A stretch of 64,000 bases of DNA from Octopus bimaculoides (GCF_001194135.2 NC_068981.1:35965438-36029437), one strand, 5' to 3'. Counted from the stretch's first letter, positions 37,950-53,200 are shown. Numbers and translations are program-made. The notes: generated from the letters alone by a model not told the origin.

Positions 37950-38740
37950 TATTAAGAACATGCTGGATCAAGTGAAGAAAGTCATGGAAAAGGTCATAGC
38001 CCAACTAATTAAGGAGAGAGCTAGTTTAGATGAGATGCAGTTTGGGTTTGTACCAGGGAGAAGCACTACTGGTGCTATCTTTTTGGTAAGACAGCTGCAG
38101 GAGAAATGCCTAGTCAAAGATAAACCTCTGTACTTGGCTTTTGTTGACATAGAGAAAACCTTTGACAGGGTACTTCGATCTCTTAACTGGTGGTCAATGC
38201 AGAAACTAAGGAAAGATGAGTGGTTGGTGAGAGCTATATAAACCATGTACAGGAATGCTGTCAGTAAGTTGAAGGTTGGCAATGAATATAGTGAAAAATT
38301 CAGGGTAGGGGTAGGAGATCACCAAGGGTCAGCCCTCTTCCAGGCAATAACAAAGGAATTCAAGACAGGCTGCTCCTGGGAGCTCCTTTATGCTTATGAC
38401 CTTGCTCTAATATCTGAGTCACTACTAGACCTAGAGAAAGAAGTTTCAGGTGTGGAAGTAAGGTCTAGAATTGAAGGGCCTTAGAGTTAACCTAGCAAAA
38501 ACCAAAGTCTTAGTAAGTAGGAAGGAGGACAAATTACAAATCCCTTCAGGTAGATGGCCCTGCTCGATCTTCAGGAAAGGCATAGGTAGAAACTCCATAA
38601 GATGTACCTGGTGTAAGCTATGGACACATAAGAGGTGCACAATATCAAAAGAAGGTTAATTGGGAAGATCATTTTTGTTCGGGAGACGCATAGGTACAAT
38701 AAACACTGAAAATGTACAGAAAACAGATTCCATCACATGC
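37950..38740 (+). mobile_element. RTE-clade LINE reverse-transcriptase fragment (pseudogenised)
   Basis: Peptides MQFGFVPGRSTTGAIFLVRQLQEK, LAFVDIEKTFDRV, GDHQGS, ELLYAYDL (decayed YADD), GLRVNLAKTKVL and WPCSIFRKGIGRNSIRCTWCKLWTHKRC. It carries stops and frameshifts. Confidence 0.95.
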
Positions 38741-41525
38741 AATCTTCTTTAGACTTATATTTTTGAGCCATAACAAACATATATAATGATTTTTATAAAC
38801 TCTCTATTATGTGAAAAGTTAAGCTACATTCACACCAAGGCCACCCTCTTATTTTAAAATCTACCTTTCTCCAAGAGACAGCACTTGTAATTCATAAAAA
38901 AACAAAAAAAAACAAAAAAAACGAAGGCTCAGCTTTGTCACACACTGTGTCATAGTGATTCTGCTTTAGGATTATATTAAGGTTAGAGTTTGAGAAATGA
39001 TATTGCAATTCAGTGAGTAGGTACTCAACTGAGCTACTGGAACTGTTATTGAAGTCAATGAAAAATCCATTCATAAGGTGTTATGAACAATAACACATTC
39101 ATTTTCCTACTCATTTCCTTCTCCTTTTCTCTCACTCTTTCTTCTCTCTGTCTTCCTCACCCATATTTTTTCTCTAAACTGAAAGAAGTCAAAACCACCT
39201 TCAGTTCTTTGTAGTGTTTCAGACTTCCTCCTCATCATCATCTCTTACCACCAATCCTGACTCTTTATATCTGAGTATATCTCTTTCCCATTTCTCTGGC
39301 CTTATTTCCTTTCCTTTCTTCTCACTCTCCCTCACTCTCCCTTTTCTCTCTGCATTTTGGGTTAACCAGTATGGAAATCTCATAAGAATCTAGGTGATGA
39401 TGATAGTAGAGGTGGTGGAGAGGGAGAGTAGCAGACAGCAGCAGCAGCAGCAGCAGTGGTGGTGGTGGTGGTGGTGGTGGTGGGAGTGGCGATAGTGGTG
39501 GTGACAGTGATGATGGTAGTAGTGGTAGTTACTGTTGTTGTAGTAGCATGGACATGAAACTTGCTGCTACCTGAAAGAGTAAGAATGGGAGGGAAAGAAG
39601 AGGGGAAAAGGAAAAGAAGAGGGAAAAGGGAAAGTAAAGAAGTAGCAAGAGAAGGGGCATGAAGAGAAGTATGAAGAAATGAATACAAATAAGGAGGGGG
39701 CAGATGATATACCACTACCACACCACCTCCACTAGCAACAACAACAACAACTATGACAATGGATACAACAGGTAGTTGTCAACACCTTTATGTCCAAATG
39801 AAATATTTATTGGCTGGAAAGACAGTAAAAATGAATCATCAAGCTCTTAATTAGGTAACAGGCCTGAAACATCCAAGGGAGGAGGACCAAAGCAATAAAA
39901 AATTGATACCTGCAAATTGGTATGGTGAGAAGGTGGGGCAGAAGGGGGTAGTAGACAGGCTGTGTTGGTGTGAGAGAGCTGGAGAACAAACTGGTTGCCA
40001 TAGTGAAACAGCAAAGTATCTTTGTAGATAATAATTTTGTTTGAATGGTTTCAATATAATTGAGACATGTCCCCTCCTCGTCCTCACATCCCACCCACCC
40101 ACTGCAATAACACCTCTCCTTCTTTACTTCCTCTTTCCTGTAGAGAGGTGTGTGTTGTGTTTGTGCACATATAAATGTGTGATGGGTGGGGAACAGTTTG
40201 GGCCCCTGTTGCTTCATGGTTCCATGAATTCATGACTTCCTTTCCGTGCTAGGGTGTTGTTAAGTCTGATCTGCATTCATGTATGCATGTGTATATATAT
40301 GCACACATACTACATGTACGAAAATATACATGCATAGAATCACCACCCCCACACCCACATACACACATATATGCAAAGTGTGGGCATATGTGTGAAGAAA
40401 CACACATATGGGAACATATGTGTATATTCGAATAGCTGTGTGTGTGTATGTGTATAGGCTGGAGGTAAGGGTTAGGCAATGATGATGGGGTGTATTGAAA
40501 AGTAAAAAATAATAAAGAACAAATGAAATGAATCAAAGAAGAAGACAAGATCAACAACAACAAGAATGAAAACTAAAAGGAAACAAAAGAAAAATAAATA
40601 CTATGACTAAGAAACTGGATATATAACGTGTGTTCTATAGACTGGTTTGAGTGAGTTGCCTCATTAAGTGTTTGGAAGATGTCCAGGTCCTCTGCAAAGG
40701 ACAACTGTTAGCCATCTGAGCATGTGTGGTTGTGTAAAAGTGTACATTTATATGAGTGAATGTGTGTGTGAGTGTGTGTGTATGTGTATGTGTTGGTGTA
40801 CATGTGTATGTACTTGTATGCAAGTGATTGTGTATATGCTTGTTTGTGTGCATTGTGCGTGTGTTCAGTTGTGTACGTGTATGTAAGGGTATGTTTGTGT
40901 GTATGGTTGTGTATGTGCATATTCTTGTGCATGTGTGTGTATGTATGTACTTGCATTTGTGTCTGTGTCTCTGACTGAGTGTGTGTGTATGGTTGTCTAC
41001 ATAATAGTTTGTGTGCATGCATGTGTTGCATGTCTATATATGCTCTCTAATAAGAGCATCTGTTGCATTTCCATATGAATGTACATGTGCATGCGTGTGT
41101 TTGTGTATGTGTAAGTGATAGAGGTGTGGATGGGTGATCAGATGTCCAAAAACTTTAAAGGACGCTCTTGTTTGCTACAGAGGTCACTCTTTCCAGTCCG
41201 TGTGCATGTGTGTGTGTGTGTGTGTATGTGTGCATGTGCATATGTGCAAGTGCTAAATTATATAAGGTCGTCAGTAGACATTTGGGTTTTCTAAAATGGA
41301 CAATGGTTGGAGTCTACACATGTATATTTGTGTTCCTGTATTTATATTTGTGTATGTGTGTTTGTACATTGGAATCTATCAATACTTGGGAAAATATCCA
41401 GTTTTTGGAGGGGCATATTTAAAATGTGTGTATATAAGTTTGAAAGAAAGCAAAACTGAAAAATATAGGTAGATAGGAGAGAAGTAGAGTATCTATGACT
41501 GTGCGAATGTATGCACATGTGTTTA

Positions 41526-41559
<34 letters not shown>

Positions 41560-41777
41560 CATGTATTTGTGTAAGTATATTGGTCTGTAGCTATATCTAT
41601 TAAGGTATAACAATAGTTGGCAATAAATCCAGTGTTTGAAGAGGGCAACTGTTCTAGTCTATGTATCTATGTGTGTGTGTGCTTGTTTGTAATTATGTGT
41701 ACATGTATGGATATATCTATGTATGAATACACACACACATGCATACCTACATACATACATATATATGTGTGTGTGTC

Positions 41778-41808
<31 letters not shown>

Positions 41809-41964
41809 TTACATATGTGAGGGAAATTCATTGCAAGGAAGTGACTGAAAGAGGATGAGTGGTTGTATTTGTAGTTAGTGTGGTATCGGCACTTGGGAAA
41901 GTGTCCAAATTTCTCTTCACTGAGAAAAACAGTTGGATGTGTATTTGTATGTATATATGTTTGA

Positions 41965-42001
<37 letters not shown>

Positions 42002-42603
42002 TGTGTGTGCATGTGCATGCATGCATGTACGTGTGCATGTGTGTGTGTTTAGTCTTAATCTTCCGAACATTGTTTCAAAGTTATTGTCTTTGATTAGCCC
42101 TAGGTTACCACTGATCCAGTAAACCTATGATCAAACCATTTCAACTGTAACCATCTCACTTTTTTTATACTCAAACCTACTATGTCTAGAATTCTAAGAT
42201 CTAATATGTCTTTCCTTTTTTAATACAGTAGAATTCAGATTTGGCTGATATTTCTAGTGGGTTTAGTGACTATGGACACACTTCAATCTTTTGAGATGTA
42301 AGGTTACCATATTATTCCGCCATCATGAAAATCTAACCCAACTTGAAAGGAAGTGAAAAATCCAAGGAACCTCTGCTTTTTTTATTGCTTTACACCCACT
42401 ACCCAAATCAATAGGGATTGGCAAAAAGTAAGCTTAACATGACATTCAACACCAGTTAAACACCATGCTCAAGTAACTTTAAATCATGTAGAACTGAGTC
42501 TAAATGTTATTAAAAATATATGTAACCTCTATCAGTTGTGCTGAGCATTATTTTCATATATTTACTCACTCATGCGTGTGTGTGTGTGTGTGTATGTGTG
42601 TGT

Positions 42604-42644
<41 letters not shown>

Positions 42645-43415
42645 TATATTTATAAATCCACACACTAACATATACATACACAATATGTATGCAACAAGCT
42701 TCTGCATAGTTTCGATCCATGGAATTCTACACAAGGTATGCAGCAATTCGACGTTATAGACATTTGTTCACACTGTAGAATTTGAGGCTACAGAATGATA
42801 GAAAGCACAGCTGGTTGAAGAGGAGAGAAGGAAGGAAAGAGAAGCAGAAGGAGATAGAGAGCTACAGGTTTCAAAAGAAACAGAAGCAATAATAGAAGGT
42901 GAGTAGAGAATAAGAGATGGAAATGTTCAAATTGTTAAACGATAATTTAAAAGTCAAGGGATGATATAAAAGAGAGGGAGAAAGCGATACAGAATATGAA
43001 AGAAACTTTAAAATAGCTGTATAAAATCATAGCTTCATAAACATATGTAGAAAGACGATAATAATGATGATAATAGTGATAAGGATGGTGGTGATGATTA
43101 TGATGATGACGATGATGACAATGATGATGAGAACAATAATGATGAAACTGATGATTATGCTGCTACTGATAATAATAGAAATGACTAAAAGATGGGAGAG
43201 ATGAGGTATGAAATCCACTCATCAAGATGATTTATCTTGTGGTAAGTTCATTTTATAATTGGGTAAGATACTCCTGTTATAAGTTAAAACTAGAAAATCT
43301 AAGATTTTTCAAAATGAATAAAACTTTTGATTTTCCTGTGATTATATGATCATACCAATATGTGTGTGTATGGGGTGCATGTGTGTGTTGTTTCTTCTTC
43401 ATCTTGTTGTTGTTG

Positions 43416-43450
<35 letters not shown>

Positions 43451-43924
43451 TTCGCTATGCTTCTCATCCATAATGAAGCTATATCTGCCGATTAAAATGT
43501 AGTTTTGCCATAACAACACTTTTTGATGATTTACTAGGTAAGAAATAGCTGAATATATATGTATGTGAAAAATAAATGGAAATATAGAGGTGTGCATAGA
43601 ATGAAAAGCTATGCAAAACCTACACCTATACATACATACACATATCTACACATACATATACATAAAGATGTACTCACATGCTAGAAAGAAATTGAAAGCT
43701 TAAAAAGATAAAATAATTATGACTTATGACTGTTATCTTTCTTCTACATGGATTTTCAATACTTCGAATTGAAATAGCTGTGATAGAATGTAAAAGTAAG
43801 CGTTCTTTTGAACATTGATGGTGTTGAGAATCTGCTATCATAAATTGTTGTAGTTACCTTTGAAGGTTTCATTTGACTGTTATTTATTTATTATCATTAT
43901 TATCATGTTGTTATTATCATTAAT

Positions 43925-45450
43925 GTGGTGCGCTGGCAGAATTGTTAGCATGCCAGACAAAATGCTTAGTGGCATTTTGTTTGTCTTTACATTCTGCATT
44001 CAAATTCCACCAAGGTCAACTGTGCCTTACATTTGGGGCTGGGGGCGCGATTAAATAAGTACCAGTTGAGCACTAGAAATCAACTAGTCCCTTCTCCACC
44101 AATTTCAGGCCTCATGCTTAGAACAGAAAGGATTATTAGTATTATGAGTGGAGTGGATCGGCAGAATCTTTAACATGTAAGAAAAATGCCTTGTCATATT
44201 TATTCTGACTTTGTGTGTGGTATTCAAATTTCACCAAGATTAACTTTGCTCTTTATCAATAAAATATAGTACTAGCCAAGTACAGGGATTTGTGGTTAAA
44301 TTAGAAACCATTGCTGTTATTGTTGTTATTATTATTATTATTATTACTATTATTATTATTATTAAGATTGTGAACAGACAGAATCATTAGCACATCAGCC
44401 AAAATGCTTAGAGGCATTTCATCTGTCTTTGTGTTCTGAGTTCAAATTCCTCTAAGATTAACTTTGCCTTTCATCCTTTTGGGGTTTATAAATTAAGTAC
44501 CAGTTGAGCACTGCAGTTGATGTAATCGACTATCTCATTCCCCCAAATTTCAGGCCATGTACTTATAGTAGAAAGGATTATTATTATTATTGAACTGGCA
44601 GAATCGTTCGCAGGCTGGATGAAATGCTTAGTGGTATTTCATCTATCATTATGTTCTGAGTTCAAATTCTGCCAAAGTTGACTTTGCCTTTCATCCTTTC
44701 TGGATTGATAAATTATGTACCAGTGAAACACTGAGGTCAATTTAATTTACTTATCCCCTCCCACAAAATGGCTGCCGTTGTGGAAAAATTTGAAACCATT
44801 ATCATTATAGTATGACGGTGCATGGCCTGGTGGTTGGGGTGTTACTCTCACGAGTGCTAGATCGTGATTTCAATTCCTAGACCAGATGGTGCACTGTGTT
44901 CTTGAGCAAAACACTTCAGGCAACATCGATTTGATGGAGTGAGTGAGCTAATGTGTGGCACAAACATTTGATCACTATAAAGAAATCATTTGTGTAGGTC
45001 ATTCAGCAAAGATTGAATGCTCATAGGTTGTGCAGGTCATTCGGCAAAAGTTGAATGCTCTTTGATGGGAGAGTCCATCATTATTATAAGAAGGCAAGCT
45101 GACAGAATTGCTAACAGAATTGTCAACCAGTTTGTCATTGCTGTGTTGTCAACCATTTTGCCTATCTCTACGTTCTGAGTTCAAATGCCACTGAAGTCAA
45201 TGGTGTTTTTCATCCTTTCGAGGGTCAATGTAATTGACTTATACCTCACTGAAATTGCTGGCCTTGTGCCAAAATTTGAAATCCTTATTATTATCTTTAT
45301 CATTATTGTGGCAAGCTGACAACAGCTTTAATATTCCAGACAAAATGCGTAGTAGTATATCTCCCAACTTTACATTCAAAGTTTAAATACACATAATTAA
45401 ACTTTTGGAATAGATAAAATAAGTATCTGTTGAGCACTGGGTCAGTGTAA
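43925..45450 (+). mobile_element. Head-to-tail array of six Meta-like SINE copies with one different SINE inserted at ~44813-45080
   Basis: Copies start at about 43925, 44148, 44364, 44592, 45089 and 45308. Each begins (g)ctggcagaat.gttagca and most end in (ATT)n. Confidence 0.85.
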
Positions 45451-45628
45451 TCAATTAACCATAACACACACACACGACGGGCTTCTCTCAGTTTCCATCA
45501 ACCAAATCCACTCGAAAGGCTTTGGTCGGTCTGAGACTATAGTAGAAGACACTTGCCCAAGTGGGACTGAACCCAGAAGCCTGCGGTTGGGAAGCAAGCT
45601 TCTTACCACACAACACACAACCACTCCC

Positions 45629-45703
<75 letters not shown>

Positions 45704-46697
45704 TATCCATGTGTGTGTGTATATTTGCTACCTTTCTGCTTTTAAGTTGATACTGCTTAAATAACCAATGCTGTTTGTTTCCAGGTCATAACTAAGCAGT
45801 TTGAATTTAGCAGTCCACCAATCCATTGCCTTATTTTTCATGTACTAATGAGGTTTCAGTTCAGTATTTGGATTTAAATTCGAACACTTTAATGTTGGCT
45901 ATTATAGAAGTTGGTGTTGAAAAGATTAACTGATTAGACGTAGTGACTCTGATTGAGCAGACCTATGATCAAAGGTCTTCCTGCTGTAATCATCTCATGT
46001 TTTTTTCTCTCTTTTCCCAAACATATTATATCTAGGACCACATTATAAGATACGTTCTTTCTCTTTTTAAGATGATGATGTGTGATAAGAGAGATAATAT
46101 TGTAGATGGTAGGATTTCATAGAAGGGATAATATTGCAGATAGTGATGATATAAAAGTTATTAAATCATCTTTTATAGATACCAAACTGTATATAAACGG
46201 AGAGAGAATTTGAGATAGTAATAATGTAAATGTCTATAAGGTATACACCGAAAATAATATCCCTGTCATAAATGTCATATAACCTCATTGTTTTAACATT
46301 ATTAATGTTAGATAACACAATGGACTTCATTGCATGTTACATCTATTCACTTTTGTTTGAGTCTTTTGAAGATTAACAAGATGACTTATGTCAGAAAGGA
46401 AAGTACTAAAACCTGCTTAAATTAGTAACTGTTTCACAGAACACTCTTAATTTATGAAAATATGAAGTTAAAAGCATATCTGTTTGATGACAGTATCTTT
46501 GACATATTGTGTTCCAGTGCCACATGAAATATAAGCAAAGCATTCTATTCTCATACAATGGATATGCTGTCATACTTTAACATGGAGAGTACCATTGAAT
46601 GTCAAAATTTCTTAAATAAATTGTTAATAACTTTATAAACTATTTGCTAGCATCATCTTCAAAGATAAAACATCTTTTGGTATTTATATCAATACTA

Positions 46698-47146
46698 AGT
46701 GAGTGAGCTGGCAGAATTGTTGGCACATTAGGTGAAATACTTAGAGGCATTTTGTCTATCATTATGCTCTGGGTTCAAATTCTGTTGAGGTCAACTTTGC
46801 CTTTCATCCTTTTGGGGTTGATGGAATAAGTACCAGTTGAGTACTAGTGTCGACATATTCAACCTAACTTCTTGCCTTGAAATTTCTGGCCTTGTGCCAA
46901 AATTTGAAATCAATATTTATATCAGCACTAAGGTGGGAAGGTGGCAGAATTGTTAGCATATTAGGCAAAATGCTTAGCAGCATTTTGTCTGTCTTTATGT
47001 TCTGCGTTCGAATTCTGCTAAGGTTGACTTTTCCTTTCATCCTTTTGGGGTTGATGAAATAAGTATCAGTTGAGCACTGAGATCAATGTTATTGGCTTCT
47101 CCCTCACCCAAACTTGCTGGTCCAGTACCAAAATTTGAAACCAATA
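46698..47146 (+). mobile_element. Two further tandem Meta-like SINE copies
   Basis: Same head and core motifs at 46698 and 46930. Confidence 0.85.
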
Positions 47147-47585
47147 TTTATGTCAACACTACATTCCAATCAGTTTCATTGCCACTGGTTATCAGGTGTC
47201 GTTTTTGTTTTGTTATTGATGTTGGCATTATTACTATTGCTCTTGGGGTTTCAAGGAAATCTCGGACAGTGGGGTTCCTCGATTATCCCTAGAGGCCAAC
47301 CTGTATCAGGAGGGCCACATCTCTATCATCCACCCTGCCACATTTTTATTTTTTAACCTTTGTATGCTATGCATATGTCCCTTCTTTTTCACTGTATACC
47401 GTGTATACTTCCTTTTTTTTTATCATTTCATTATATGTAAACCTTCACACTTGGTAGAAGACACTTGCCCAAGGTGCTGCACTGTGGAACAGAACCCAAG
47501 GCACATGATTGAGAAACAAACTGGTTGACCACACAGCAATGCCTGTATGTATGTATATATGTGTGTTTGTGTGAATCTATCTATC

Positions 47586-47632
<47 letters not shown>

Positions 47633-49634
47633 TATACACACACACACACATACTAAATGCTTGTATATGTGTACAGCCATATTTATTTGAATATACTCAT
47701 ACAGATATAAATATGCTTAAATATGTGTGAGTGTGTTTGTATATGTCCTTCAGTCACTTTTGTCATTTTCTGCCAATTAAAAATAACATATATACACATA
47801 TACACATACACACACATACATATATATACATTGAAAATAATAGCAATAAGAATATAAGTTGTGTTTTTTCTTAAGAAGGCCAGAATTCATTGTGCTGTGT
47901 CCTGTTGTTGAGGACAGCTCTATTTCCAAATAAATCTAATGCTCCCAAAGAATATACAATAATGTTAGAGTATGGATATAACTGACTGTACTGTGAACAG
48001 ACTCTATTGTAAAGGTTATTTCTTGGAGAAAGGCTTCTCTGACATTTGAATCAAATGTTTATGTATCTTTGCGTTAGATGAAAATTACAGCCAACAGCAA
48101 TACTGGCTTGCTTCCAGTGATTATCCAGGGTTTTGTTCACAGCAATATCATTATCTGCTATTTACTATCATTATGTTTCCCCAGCCTATTTGTTGGAAAC
48201 CAAGATGGATTTTGGACACTTGATACCTTCAGACTTACAGTATTTCCACACAACAGAATTCACAAAACGTTTTAGGTTTCCAGTATTTATTAATTATTTT
48301 ATAGTATAGATGCTAGAAATATGCTAGAATATTTATAAAATATGTTAGAAGAAAGAACTTTTGGAAACATAAGTTTGAAATATTTATTGCAAGAATGATT
48401 TTGATTTTTATATAAAAACAGTTACCTTAAATGTTTAAGGGAGAAGAAAGGAGTGTATAAAAACTGTGTACTTCTCAAAGGAATTAGTAAAGAAAGGGAA
48501 AAAAGTGCTAGAAACTGAATTATTGAATTATTGCATCAGTTTACTAAACTAGCAATGGTGACACTTATGAAATATTTCAAAATATATAGAAAAAAACTTT
48601 TCCTGTGAGGAGATAAATTGGAAAGAACAGGAATGTTCATTGTTTTGCTCAACAAAAGCTGTATTCATATAAATAACAAAATAATGGCTTATATATTCAA
48701 GGATTATTTTCTTTTTATGAGCATTTTGCTTTTATTTAGCTCTTTTCATTCAGACCATCCAATTAGCTTCTATCATTACTCTCCATTTAAATAACCTATC
48801 CATATATATACATAACATCTTAGATTTATTTATTGCACAAGCAAAACCAAGATGGGAATTTGTTTATTTTGGCAACACATCACAACAGGCAGAACAGATG
48901 AGTGGGTTGTAAAATAATCAAAATATTGATTTTTAATTTATACTCAAGGTCACTTGCATTGATTGAGGGTACAGTCAATTATATTTGACATCAATATTTG
49001 AGTAGTACTTATTTAATCAACCCAGAAAGGATGAAAGGTAAAGTTAGTTTTGGAAAGATTTGAACATGAGATGTAAAAGAGCATGACTAAAATACTGCAA
49101 ATCTACTACCCTTAAAGGGTTAAATATTACGAAGCTACTATAGATGAAATCAACAAGGTTGTAGTTCTGAAATTCTTTAAAAGAAAGAAAAGAAAAAGAA
49201 TTGTCATAAATATTTTAATACAGCTAAGAAAGATTTTTCTTCTCACAAAAACTGAAATCAAGTACAGAGGTTGCTGCGTAAAGTATTATAGCTTTCATGT
49301 AGAATTATCTGTAAATATAAAATTCCCATATTTTCTGTATTTATATTTTTATTTATTGTATATACATATGAGATAAACAGGATTCCATCGAGGGATCAAA
49401 TGAAAGCTAAAAGTAAAGTTTTTTTCTTCTTTTTTATATAACTTTCTCACCATTAGGGAAATGATAAGGTCGAATAATGGTACAGTGGAGTGTAGTGGAG
49501 GGGGGAAAGATACCTGTGGTGGCAGCAATAGGGAAGGGTGTATAGTGAGAAGAGGTTGTTGGGAATGAAGAGATATGATTGTGCATAAGAATTATAGGCA
49601 TGATGGAAGTTATACATCTATATTTATATCTGTC

Positions 49635-49696
<62 letters not shown>

Positions 49697-52600
49697 ACAT
49701 ATACGCATGTATATATAACATATATATATGTATACATNNNNNNNNNNATACGCATGTATATATAACATATATATATGTATACATACATATATACATACAT
49801 ACACATATATACACATATATACATATACTCCATATATACGCATATATTTATATACACACATTACATTCATATATATATTTATATATATATATATATATGT
49901 AAATGCACTCTTGTATGTAGATGAGTGTGAGTGGTGACACAAGAGAAGGGAAAGTCTTTATAGAATAACATAAAAATATACACTGGTGATGATATCAAGG
50001 ATATACAATCAACTTTTATAGATATCATAAATAAAGAGAAAGTAAATTATCTGGTGGAAAAAAGAGATATAAACAGATGTGAAATGATAGCTGGGGTGTG
50101 TAACTGTTGTTGTTATCAACGTTGTTGTTAATGGTGTTTTTCTATTGATATTGTTGATGTTGCTTAGATTTTTAGTTGGCATTATATTTTATGCTTTTGT
50201 TATTGATTCTGATGCTGCTATTGTAGATGATTTTGCTGTTGCTTGTAGTTGTTGTAGTTGATATCGATTTTAATGTTACTTTCTTGGTGGTACACCACCA
50301 CCACCACCACCACCACTACCACTACCACTACTACTACTACATTTTATTCATATTGTTGTCATTATTATAGCTTTACCAGTTGCTTCTGATGTTATTGCTT
50401 GTGATGTTAATATTGATCTCTAACATACATACAGGGGTGTACATTTTTTGTGAGGGTAGAAATGGATGGAGAAGTGTGAACAATTAATGAAACAGACCCC
50501 ATTACTTGACTGGTACTTATTTATTTACCCTCAGTATTTGACTAGTAATTTAATTTTCCAACTAAGTACGCTTGTCTGGTACTTATCATTTTAACCCAAG
50601 AACTTGATTAGTAATTTATTTTCTTGACTGCCAACACTTGTTTGGAGCTTATTTTCTTTACCCTCTCCACAGAACTTGATTGGTACTAATTTTTTTACCC
50701 CAGTTTTTGAATGATATTTAATTTTCTTGACTCCAGAAGGATGAATGATAAAATGAACCACAGCATAATTCACATTTTAAATGTAAAGTGTTACAACTAA
50801 GGGTTTTTGATAAAACTTTGGGCAAAGAGGAAAAAATATTGTTTAGGAGCACTTGATGGTGAAGGTTTCCTTAGAATTACAAGAAAATGTGAGGGATTTT
50901 TAGAAAGGAGCCAACAGATAGTCATAAACCTCTCTTTGTCGCTCTGGGCGCTAGACATTTATGTACCAGCTAGACCTACCACTTATAGGCCTACAATATA
51001 ACTAAATAACACATGGCAATTTGTTAAGTGCTCTACTTTTCCTTTTTACTTTTCTACAATTCTTTTGATCCACTGCTTACTGTGACATTATTAATTTTGA
51101 AATTAGTTTACTTCATTTTTGCATCAGTAAATCAATCATAACTTCAACCAAATTTCTTGGTTTCTTGAGCCAACGTAAGAAGAAGCAATTAATGCCAGAA
51201 ATATGTAAAATAACACAAAGCTACATAAATATCTTATTCCATGCACCACTGATGTGAGTTCAAATACTAGTATAGTTATTTTTACTTTACATTCTGAAAT
51301 TTTTAATTTAACTGGCTAATCCTAACCCTAACCCAATGACATTCCAGTAATTTCTATCAGGTCTTTTTTTAAGGGTATAATAATAATAAGCTTCTTCAAG
51401 AATACATTCTCTGTGTCCTTTTCTTATTTAAATTGGCTGCTATTTCTAACAGTTTGAGTGACCATATAGAGGCTTCCTTCTTGACTGATATTGTTATGTG
51501 CATAGGAGAGGTGGTATAATGAAAAGAATACCATTAAGGTATTAAGAAATTAACCATATCACTTCCTCTCACATGAAATTAGCATTGAATCATAATAAAT
51601 GATTACCTGATGGCAGAAATGGTAGAGTATTAGACTTTGCACTTATTTAGTTAAGTCACTCTATGTTCTGAGTTCAAATCTTACCATGTTAACTTCACTA
51701 ATATCCTTCCATGGTCATGCACTGGAATTAATTTAACCAATTACTCTCTTTGCCATAATAAAAATCATTATTTAAAGTTTTTGATGTTGGCGTTATTTAG
51801 CCACAGTCTGACACTGGTTGAGCAGAAATATTGATCAAAAGCATTCTAGTCATGACCATCCCATCTTTTGGCTATGTAGAAAGAACCTAGGAGCACTTTA
51901 TCCAATGTATTTTTTTCTAAGATGATATTGTGCCATTTGAGAGAGATTTAGTTACTATATCTAGTAAATTAAGAGACAATTCACCTCTTATTTTCCAGGA
52001 CTAAGGATAATTTCATCCCTTTCTACATTTTCCAGAATAACATACACAACATTTCTACACTCTTTCATGGTTTCAAATTCTGTCTTGCATATATTTTATT
52101 CTTACCTTTCTTCTTTCTTTAAGGTTTTTCTACCACACATAAACTCTAAGATCCAAAATAATCTAGTGGAACAATGTGTTATTTACCAGGAGTTTTAAAA
52201 AATGTTGTGCTCCTTACAACACCTCAGGTAATAATATGCATATGACTGGAAGCAATTTCATATTGGTTTAATTTTTATTTTTTACAGATACTTGACCTAT
52301 GTTCTCTGAAGAATGTCAGTGTTATGATTCTCAGAGATTGAAACTATTAGTAAGGATGTGTTCATCTATACATACCCCACCTCTCTCTCGCTCTCTCTCT
52401 CTCGCTCTCTCTCTCTACACACACTAATGTGTGTGTGTGTGTGTGTGTAGATATACACTTTTATTGAATATTCTAATATTCTATTCTTTTTCATATAAAT
52501 ACTTTACAATATATATATATGAGTGTGTGTGTGTATATATATATATATATAAATATATATATATATAGATGGGTGGGTGAGAGAGTAAGAAAGAGAATTG

Positions 52601-52829
52601 CAGGAAGAAAGGAAAGGAAATACAGGACTTAAACTTGATCTAATTTATAAAAGAATGCATCTTCTTCAGTGCCAAAAGAAAAGAAAAGATAATTTTAAGT
52701 ATTGAATAATTGAAAGAGTACTGGCGGTGATCGCGGAAAATGGAATTCTAAACAAAAATAGGTGAATGTGTTTGGAAGTTTAATATAACAGAAATGTGGT
52801 TTGAAAAGTGACAATGCAGGAGGATGAGG

Positions 52830-52971
<142 letters not shown>

Positions 52972-53051
52972 TGGTGAAATGGGAGAGAGAACAAGAAAGA
53001 AAAACCAAAATATAGAATTTTTGATCGTAATATATATTTGTGTATACATAT

Positions 53052-53094
<43 letters not shown>

Positions 53095-53200
53095 TATGTG
53101 TATATATATGTATATAGACATGCACAGCTATATATATGTACATGTATACATATAGATGCATATAGTTATATAAACACACACACATATTGATACATATATG

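Noticed and set aside
42239-42297. Signal-peptide-like frame IWLIFLVGLVTMDTLQSFE before GTAAGG
   Set aside because: It overlaps the recurrent gatttggctg.tatttctag repeat family.
47254-47276. ctgtccgaga...gaaac on the minus strand as a third hammerhead
   Set aside because: The core is one base short, and neither stem II nor stem III can form.
49700-49790. Direct repeat on both sides of a 10-N gap
   Set aside because: Most likely an unmerged contig overlap (assembly artefact).
51316-51334. Telomere-like cctaaccctaaccc
   Set aside because: Only about two units long, which is expected by chance or from TE ends.
52288-52349. Strong acceptor with a GTAAGG donor
   Set aside because: All three frames contain stops; at most a non-coding exon, with no other support.
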